DNA of 62,840 bases, the filler included, from Collodictyon triciliatum (taxonomy: Eukaryota): assembly GCA_043381765.1 (NCBI GenBank). It is 9 parts of 9 records of this genome, joined end to end, with 100 filler letters (N's around TTAATTAATTAA, not from the genome) between each part and the next. Parts side by side here need not be neighbours in the genome. Positions count along the whole stretch, not along the records: positions 49,510 to 56,125 come from JBHJMP010004348.1; positions 56,226 to 62,840 come from JBHJMP010004349.1; 7 more parts are not named here. One strand, given 5' to 3'. The notes below the pieces were generated by a model, which saw nothing but the letters and a program-made list of their open reading frames with translations, was not told the DNA's origin and searched no databases. Positions 54,396-62,840 of this stretch are shown one piece after another (position 1 is the stretch's first letter; every line of letters starts with the position of its first letter). A program made the translations under genes and the position numbers.

Positions 54396-55938
54396 TTATT
54401 GCTGTTATTGTTGTTTTTCCTTTTCTCTTTTATGTTTTTTGTTTTTGTTTTTGTTGTTTTTTCTATTTTCTATTTTCTATTTTCTTTTTTCTATTTTCTA
54501 TTTTCTATTTTTCTTTTTCTCTTTTCCTTTTTTTCTTTTCAGTAGCTATTCAAATTAATGTTTTGAGAACGTAAAAGTACATCCCTCACTGAGATACTAC
54601 GTTTAGACCGTCAGTTGGGGGATGCCGGAATGGTTCTTACGTTGCAAAATATCGCCGGGCTCGAAGAACGCAATCTCTTGGCTGGATATGTTGCGCTCTT
54701 GAACCAAGATTATTCTGCGTCTCAGGTTGATGTCTCACCAATAGGACAACATTTACCTTGTCCCACACACGGGCGCGCGCACATACCACCATCATATCGA
54801 TCTATGTCCGCGTTAATTTTATGTGCATATCTTCAGCAATATTTCCTTGCATCTACTCGTCCCATCACCGCATTGGAAATGAGACGCGACTTGCATCACT
54901 GGGACCACGCGCTGAAGTTAGCCAGTACACTCGACCCAGCCCAAATTCCTTACATCTCACGAGAGTACGGATTGCAGCTTGAATTCAAAGGTGATATTTC
55001 ATCTTTATTAGAAAGCAATGCCATATTTTCTTAGTTTGTATATTGCATCCATTTCTTTTATCTATTTATTTTAAATTACTTAAAGTTGCGCTACGAGAGT
55101 GGAATTGGGGGGTTGTACACGCAATTCTATACTTAAAATTGCGATTGAATTATGTATTATCTCTCCCTATTTTTTTCCAAATAAAAAAAGGACAATACCA
55201 AGAGTCGCTTCGCTGCTATGAATCTGCTATCACTGGCGAAGACAATGAGCACAATAAGTTGGCTCAGGCAGGATGTGCGAGAATGCTGATTCGCACGGGT
55301 GATATTGCCCGAGGAATCTGTAAGTATTGTATTACCCTCTCATTTCTGGCTTGGTAATTAGATTTTGAATATCATAATTACCGTCGCACTCTTGTATCAA
55401 TTTTGAAGCAAGACGTGCATTGGTTTTGACTATCATGCAATTTATTTTCCAGCGATGGCTTCTAATACCGGAAATAAATCCCTTTGTCGTGATTGCGCTC
55501 AAATACTGGAACTTATGCGGCAAACTAATGTATGATTTTAGCACAGAAATGTTTCAACGCCTCTGTGTTATTTGCAAGATGATATTGCTCTCTATGCAAT
55601 ATAACAAACCCATATTTCTTTTCCTTACCATGCATTAGGATGCCGCTGTTCTCTATGTAAAAGCTGACATGCATGAGAAGGCTGTTTCACTTTATCTTCA
55701 AAGTCTATTTATATTCATATATGATAATTACATCCATCGATTCTTTATTTGTTTATTTGTTTACTGCTCTTGCCATCAATTAGTGTATATCATGCTTTAC
55801 TGTGGTCATCCAAAAAAAAATTACACCAAATTTACGAATGCATTAAATCTGTAGGCAAAAATATCAACCAGGCAGCTCCTTTGATGAAGTATGTGACCAA
55901 TCCGAAGATGCTCATGAGCTATGCAAAAGCCAAAGAAG
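49839..55938 (+). CDS. WDR19: Intraflagellar transport protein IFT144 / WDR19 (3' part truncated by the contig end)
   Basis: About 19 exons splice in frame: LAIGTAKGNLVIYN..GKHTKRII, NPVELAFQPKYGNIVSFRWFGEGYIMLGFSAG, EYLGTV, ALEMRRDLHHWDHALKLA, IPYISREYGLQLEF and YAKAKE. Confidence 0.96.
51627..51800 (+). other. Putative U12-type (minor spliceosome) GT-AG intron in WDR19
   Basis: Donor T|GTATCCTTT, branch-like TTTATCTTAAC about 10 nt before CAG, phase 1; removal restores VISSLMKEIGQE. Confidence 0.75.
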
Positions 55939-56225
55939 GTTTGAACATTCCCACCTAGACATTTGGATTGCCTATGATGATTCTTACATGAAAGTATTTT
56001 TGTTACCCTACGTTCATTTTCTTCAATTTTTTGTCTTGTTTTGTTTTGTTTTGTTTTGTTTTGTTTTGTTTTGTTTTGTTTTGTTTTGTTTTGTTTTGTT
56101 TTGTTTTGTTTTGTTTTGTTTTGTTNNNNNNNNNNNNNNNNNNNNNNNNNNNNNNNNNNNNNNNNNNNNTTAATTAATTAANNNNNNNNNNNNNNNNNNN
56201 NNNNNNNNNNNNNNNNNNNNNNNNN

Positions 56226-56324
56226 CGAGCCGTCTTCTTTGAATGAGATTTCTCTGATGGTGGCCGCGTTGCCTTCGTGAACCTGTTTGATGATGCAGAA
56301 GCCTTTCTGGTTGTCCCAGCATAT
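56226..56324 (-). mobile_element. Fragment of the same non-LTR retrotransposon (5'-truncation junction)
   Basis: Reverse complement matches 7244-7342 over 99 nt with 2 mismatches by eye; similarity ends at 56324; the other end is the contig edge. Confidence 0.9.
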
Positions 56325-56646
56325 CTGTGCTGCCGCCAAAGTTGTTGGTGGGCAGTTGAAAACATTGTGTCATAATTTCCATATTAATACACGTCATTTG
56401 TGATCCGATCCTTGGCTTTTGCACCCTCCGAGCTACCATTACAGCTTGGCTTTACCCGCTCGAGTATAGCGCGGCAGTTCCGATCGGAAGCTAGAAGAGA
56501 GCTGCCTATGCGCCTGCTGAGTGTCTACAAAAAACAACCCTACATTCAAGAATACACAAAATAACAGGGTATTTAATTATTAATAATATGCAGTGTTTTA
56601 TATATATAGTTTTGTTGTTGTTTGGAGGCACTTCTAGTTTCGTTGA

Positions 56647-58854
56647 ATGGCGGGGGGTCTGGACTTTGTTGCCATCGGTGCCTTGTTGAGTCTCTCTGCT
56701 CTTTTTTCTGGCCTCACCCTTGGTCTCATGGGCTTGGATATTTTGCAGCTGGAGGTTTGTCTCTTATGCATTAATTTTTTATTTCTTCCTCTATTCTTTC
56801 TTTTTTCTTTTTCTTTTTCTTTTTCTTTTTCTTTTTCTTTTTCTTTTTCTTTTTCTTTTTCTTTTTCTTTTTCTTTTCTATATAACTTGTTTTCAAAACA
56901 TGTTTACTATTGTTGGGGCTCAAATAATTGCCTAATTCCAAATCTCATCATAGTTGATCATGTCCAGTGGCAATGAGCCAGAGGCCTCTTATGCAAAGAA
57001 AATCATGCCTATCCGTGAGTATGGTAACTTCTTGCTGTGCACATTACTTCTAGGAAATGTTGCTGTGAATGCCCTCCTGTCCATTCTCATGGCCGACCTT
57101 ACATCAGGTTTCAAATAATACGAATGCTCACAGCGTATATATCAATAGTTGTACACCACAATAACAAATCTGGTACATTTTAAATTTTATCATGCTTAAT
57201 GTTTCTTCTAAACCTAACTAGGGACTGTCGGTTTTCTTTTATCTACTGTATTGATTGTTATATTTGGTGAAATTATTCCCCAAGCCTCTTGTTCGAGACA
57301 CCCACTTGGTACTTTATATTCCCTTTCATGGTTAAAAATATACGGTTATATGCAATAATTTATAAGTCTCATTTTCTAAATGTGTTGCCTCGATTTTGCG
57401 TGTATGCCTTTAGCTGTGGGAGCACGCACGGTTTTCTTGGTGCGTATATTTATGCTTCTCACCTTTGTGTGCTCATGGCCAATCAGCAAGGTTCTTGACT
57501 TTGTACTCGGTGAAGAAGCTCGAGCAACATATACAAAGGGAGAAGTTTGTATTTTTTTTTAAAATAAGTATAATAATGATAATAATCAATTGTTGCTTTG
57601 AAGAATTTAACTAAATATACTTGGATCAGATTCACCCTTATCATCCTGATATTTATTTGGTCTTACCAGAGAAAATATTATTTTGTTCATTTAGCTGAAG
57701 CGTTTGATGGAAATCCATGTCGAAGAAAAACTCATCGATGTAGAGGAGCAAAAAATTGTGATTGGAGTGTTGAGTTTGTCGTCAAAATCCGTCACTGATG
57801 CGATGGTTCCTATCGAGGAAGCATACATGCTAGACGTATGCTTTATATATATTGCAGTTGATGACTATGAAACTTTTTTTTTCCCTTTATTCGATTCAAA
57901 GTGTGATGACTATGAAGCTTAATCCCTTATTCGTGTATTGTTTTTTTTTTTTTGATGGTCTTACAATCAAAGTGCTGTAAAGAAGAAAAACGGATGAACA
58001 AGATAAAGATATTGAAGCATATGATACCTTTCTTCATTTTGGGTGGTACAAATATAAAGAATTTTCGAATAATTTATTTCATGCAATCAAGCTTGTAACC
58101 TTGTACGGTGCAAAATGTTTAGATCAAGCTAACTTTGGACAAGACCCTTCTTGCTGAAATCCACGCGAAGGGACATAGCCGAATTCCTGTGTACGATGGG
58201 CAACGTGCCAATGTTGTTGGTGTTCTCTACATGAAAGACCTCATCCTTGTTGACCCAGATGTGAGTAGCGGAAGCAAAATTCTATCATATACACTTGGCT
58301 TCATTTTAACATAAAGAATGCAAATAAAATGAGCGCGATATCACAGCTCCATTTCCCCCTCTATTTCTGATTCACTAAAAACACAGGAGTCTACACCCTT
58401 GCGCTCGGTAGTGAGCGCATCGGGGCGCATTCTGTTAAACGCGACGTCAGACATGAAACTGGACCACCTGCTCAACGAGTTCAAGGGAGGCAAAGAAGGG
58501 CACATGGCCGTGATTCGGCAGCCGCAGGCAGAGGAGCGCAAGCTTTCCTTCAGTAGGGACACATTCCAAGGCACGTCGCGCGCGTCTGGCCTCGTTGTGC
58601 TGCCGGCCATCGGGATTGCCACACTTGAAGATGTCCTGGAGGAGCTGATTCAGGATGAGATTGAGGACGAGCGCACTGCCGCCAGTGAGAGAATCTTTTC
58701 ATACTCTGTTCTATTTCTCTTTTTCTCCGAGATTATCGGTTGTGTGTGTGGTTGTTTATTTTCACACGCTGTAGGTGTCACACGCAGCTATGCGTTCCCC
58801 ACGCTCATCGGCCGCTCGTCCACAGCACCGGCGCCTCCCCTTGAGCCCAAGTAA
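56647..58854 (+). CDS. CNNM/CorB-family metal (Mg2+) transporter: DUF21 + CBS pair, no cyclic-nucleotide-binding-homology tail
   Basis: [80 protein letters not shown] and [23 protein letters not shown] 58854. Confidence 0.93.
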
Positions 58855-59139
58855 AGAGACCGATAGAATGAAGCCGGGAAAGCAAATCACGCGTGGGTGA
58901 CACTTGGGGATGGGGATGGGGTTGAGGTTGGACACGGGATTATTTTTCTTTCTTTTTCTTTGGTGGCAGGGTAAAGCAGATTTATGATTTTCTATCGGGG
59001 TGTGTTCTACAAAGCCACGACAAAGGGAGGTTGGAACGACTGGGGGTGGGAATGGGTGCAGGGAAAAACTTTTTCGTTTCTGGGGTGGGGGAGGACAGAG
59101 AGGAGAAAAACAGCAGAGGTTGCATTGGGATGTGTTTTT

Positions 59140-62100
59140 CTAGTAGAACTCGTTGATGTAGGTGATATCGTCCCACGGGTGGCGGTAGAGTCCCTGCTTG
59201 AGGCGTTTCTGGTCGAGGAAGTGCCCGATGAAACCGGCGGTGCGACCCAAGACAAAGAGTCCGTTGAGCACTGCCAGGGAGAGCAAGAAATAAAACAAAG
59301 CGATGAGAATCCGTGTATGGCCCGCGTAAAAACAGCGAAAGTGATACATCGTTTGCAGGGATGCGACGAGTATGCGGGATGGGATTAAATGATGCTAACC
59401 TCCAAGCTTCAGGTACTCGTCGGCCTCCTCGCGGGTGAACGCGCCGCATGAGCGGAGCAGGTCCACAAACGTGGCAGCAACGCAGCCGTCCACATTGAGA
59501 ATCAGGTTGGCGCGCTTCTGGGTGGTCACTTGTTCCACCTCCAGGGCAAAGTTCAGAAGCTCGGTGCTGTATTATCATATGACATATAGATGAATACGGA
59601 GCGGGCAGGTAGAATGACGCCACATGACAACGTTGTTGGTGTGAGACGATGCAGAAAATTTCTATATTGCTACTGATTGTTGGTGATAGTGGGTGTTTTT
59701 TTTTCTTTTACCTGGGGAAGTGCTTGCGAGCATACTCTTTCAGGATGACAACGCGCATGTCGGGGTTGCTGAGGGACTTGATTCGGTGACCGATTCCGAG
59801 AATAAGCTTGTGCTGTAATTGAGAAAAGACAGGCGATATAAGTGGGATATGCTTGGTGATAGTTTTGATGTAGATAAAGGGCGACAGTGTTCATCAGGTT
59901 CTGTAGAGATAATGGTAGTTAACATCATAGCTTGTGTACCTCAAGCCTCATTTTCTCCACGAACTGTTTGGCGCTCAGTCCTTTGTCGAGAGCACTGGAG
60001 AACATCTAGGGTTTTGTGATTGTTTTTAGCGATGGTATTGCGCCGTTACAAGAGGTAAATATGCCAAGAATGTTTGACGAACAACAGGAGGAGTGGCTTG
60101 TGAGAGTTCAGAGACAGGGACGCAGGACTGTAAATAAGTGAGGTGCTAAATGCCTGAAGAGTCATAACAAACCTCAGCAGCACCATCGATGGCTCCTCCG
60201 AAGCGTGGGCCAATTGTCATCAAACCAGAGCAGAGGGAAGAGATGAGGTCCTTTCCAGCGCTGTTAGCAGAGTGAAAGAAAGTGTCGGTGAGACTTTATG
60301 TGCGCCCCTATGGGACATCTCCCAGTAAAATGCTGCATAGTTCAATCCGGGGGGATGTGATTAAAAGTATCCTAAATACAAACCGGGCCGTAACGATAGT
60401 GTTGTGTGCACCAGAGACAGCAGGTCCGTGGTCGGCGGTGATCTATTACGTTTAGGGACAGTTCTTCAGACCGAGTACTCACTTCAACTCTCATGTCAGG
60501 GGAATAATGGAATAACATTGGGTTCAATAGATGGTTGAGTAAAGCACCATCATAATCATCTCGATGTATCGGCATGCATATGCAGGTAGGCGGCGGCGGA
60601 ACCAGAGCAGGGATACGACACCTCCAACACCAATATCCTCCTATATCAGAAATGGATTCCATGCTTAGATATGGGAGCATAGCATAGCATAGCATAGCAT
60701 AGCATAGCATAGCATAGCATAGCATAGCATAGCATAGCATAGCATAGCATAGCATATCAGGGGTTACAAGTCATCTGGGCCATAACAAAGAGAGAGAAAA
60801 AGTATTCCTTACCTTGAAGACATTCGTGATGGGCATTCCGGCGTAGAGTAGTTCTTCTCCACGGTCATCGCAAATGCTTGAAACAAAGGAGCTATGTATT
60901 ATGATGATTTTTTCTCGTTAAAATTGGAAACCCAGGTATGGCTAACTGAGAATAAGCAAGAGGCAGCATCAGACATGGGTATAAGATGAGTGAACTTAAT
61001 CGTAAGTTAGTAGCCTAGAGAAAATGGGCAGGAATAAGGTACTGTTGGCGCAACATATACCTGGGCTTACGGATGAGACCGAGTTCCTGGGCCCAATCGT
61101 AGTCAATGGGAATCTTTGGGGCTTCTGGTTCAGGTTCCTCGATGATGACACCCTCCTGAACGAGTTTCTGGTAGGTCTGTGTTTTGAAGGTGGACAATTT
61201 AGTTTGGGCAGATATATGTGGGTGGTGGCTGCATTTGAAGCGAGAGGAGAGCGTTATAGTTGTGCGCAGGGGATACACGAGTTCTTGTCGCGCGTAGAGA
61301 GGCGGGTTGTAAGAAATTGCATTATGGGAATGCCGTACCTTTTTGATGGTGTTTCCGAATTCGTCGAAGCTTGCGGGGACAACTGCGCCAGCAGCACGGA
61401 GCGCATTGTTCTTTGCATCAGCAGTTTCCATTCCACCACGAGCTTGGGCACCAGCGTGACCGAATTGGACCTGTTCGGTATATTAAGAATTGAGATACCC
61501 TAAAATCTCTATGACTTCACATTATATTTGGCTCTATCGGTAAACCTATAATATTTACTAGGGATAGGAGAATGCTCGGTCAATCATAGGGAGAAAGGAA
61601 AATGCACCTCATACGCAAACATCTTTGCACAAGTACCGATACACCAGGCGACCAGAGGCTTGGTGATTCTCTTTTCCTCGAGAGCCTTGACTACATCATA
61701 CTCATCAATACCACCGAGTTCACCCAAAAGCACGAGCATCTTGATCTCAGGGTTATCTTGGTATCTCAGCAGGTGGTCGATGAAGGTGCTTCCAGCATAT
61801 CTACAGGAAAGATACAAACGTGAGGATGGTAAGGGGTATGGGTATGGGCCTGAGAGAAAATTGAGGAGCACCTTTATAATTTGAGTGGTAAATAGAAAGA
61901 AAAGTGTGTACCTGTCTCCACCAACAGCAATACCCTCGTAAACACCATTAGTCGTACGGGAGATGATGTTGTTAAGTTCGTTAGACATACCACCAGAGCG
62001 AGAGACGTAAGCAACGCTACCAGGGCGATAAAGCTTGGATGCCATGACGTTGTCTGCGTGTAAATTTCGTAAATAAGAGGGAGAGGAGAATGGCAGGAAT

Positions 62101-62824
62101 GACCATGGGTGTCGTGAATATCGTGTCATTTCCACGGTGTATCAGTAGGCGGGGAATGATGGGTTGATTCATTGGTTATATGATGCAATAAGGGATGCGA
62201 CTACAAAACTCACCGAGCATACCACCAGTGTTGCCAATACGGAAGCAGCCGGGCTTCACACCACCAACAGTAGCGGGACCGATGATTGTAACTCCCTGGC
62301 GATTTAAGGTTGAGATATGGTGAGTTCGTGTATGAGTGGTGCTTTAGGTGTGCACTTTGACAAGATCAAGGGTTTTTGCACTTGTGTTGAGGCGATAGGA
62401 TGTGGTATTCATGTGGGACGGGTACCTGCTTCTTTGCGCGCTTGTTGATCTGCAGAGTGCGTCTCTCTGGAACACCCTAAGAAGAATAGACGGACATATT
62501 GAGGTAAGGAATTTTTGTTATGGCTGTGATAGGTGGAAGAAGAAAGACAGATAGAGTGAAGGGTTGAGCTCAAAGTTAAATTCCACAGTTTATTTTTACT
62601 TTTGTTCAACAGAATAATGTGCTTGGAAAGAGAAGACATGGAGAGGGAATAGATTAGGAGAGAATCCGTGGTGCTTATTGAAAGGATTGATGAATGATAT
62701 AAAGTGTACCTCTGCGATGATGGATACGCATTTAATTGCGGGATTGCTCAGAATCTCCTGCATGGACTCATAGACTGAGCGGAAGGAGGAGAAGTTGACG
62801 ACTGTGTCAACTTCAGGGTATTTC
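59140..62824 (-). CDS. ACLY: ATP-citrate lyase, C-terminal CoA-binding/ligase/citrate-synthase-like portion (5' part off window)
   Basis: [56 protein letters not shown] (phospho-His), [27 protein letters not shown] and [12 protein letters not shown]; ends TAG. Confidence 0.97.
60676..60755. repeat. (AGCAT)n array, intronic in ACLY
   Basis: Directly visible. Confidence 0.95.
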
Positions 62825-62840
62825 TGTGTAAAAAAAAAAA

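Overview
AT-rich, intron-dense eukaryotic nuclear DNA from a flagellated organism (CEP104, IFT144/WDR19 and TBC1D31 are present), read with the standard code (TAA, TAG and TGA all end recognisable genes). The window is not one locus. It is nine pieces joined by identical 100-nt linkers (44N-TTAATTAATTAA-44N), eight of them about 6.6 kb and roughly size-ordered, so neighbourhood across linkers carries no biological meaning. Hand splicing gives: a 4xEF-hand + TKL-type kinase-like gene with degenerate catalytic motifs, RCHY1/Pirh2, a decayed L1/Tx1-like non-LTR retrotransposon with two further copies, a HAT/TPR-repeat gene, a class I cyclic nucleotide phosphodiesterase, CEP104, TBC1D31/WDR67, PP2A B56, a truncated multi-TM cyclase-like gene, WDR19, a CNNM/DUF21-CBS gene and ATP-citrate lyase, plus several unknown genes and many intronic microsatellites. 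The most interesting signals are: (1) a probable non-AUG (AUC) start in PP2A B56 that would create an MGNKNS myristoylation-type N-terminus; (2) an N-terminal EF-hand pseudokinase architecture; (3) a U12-type intron and a GC-AG intron against a background of very weak donors and A-rich AAG acceptors. All gene models are manual, without RNA data or database searches, so exon edges are approximate.
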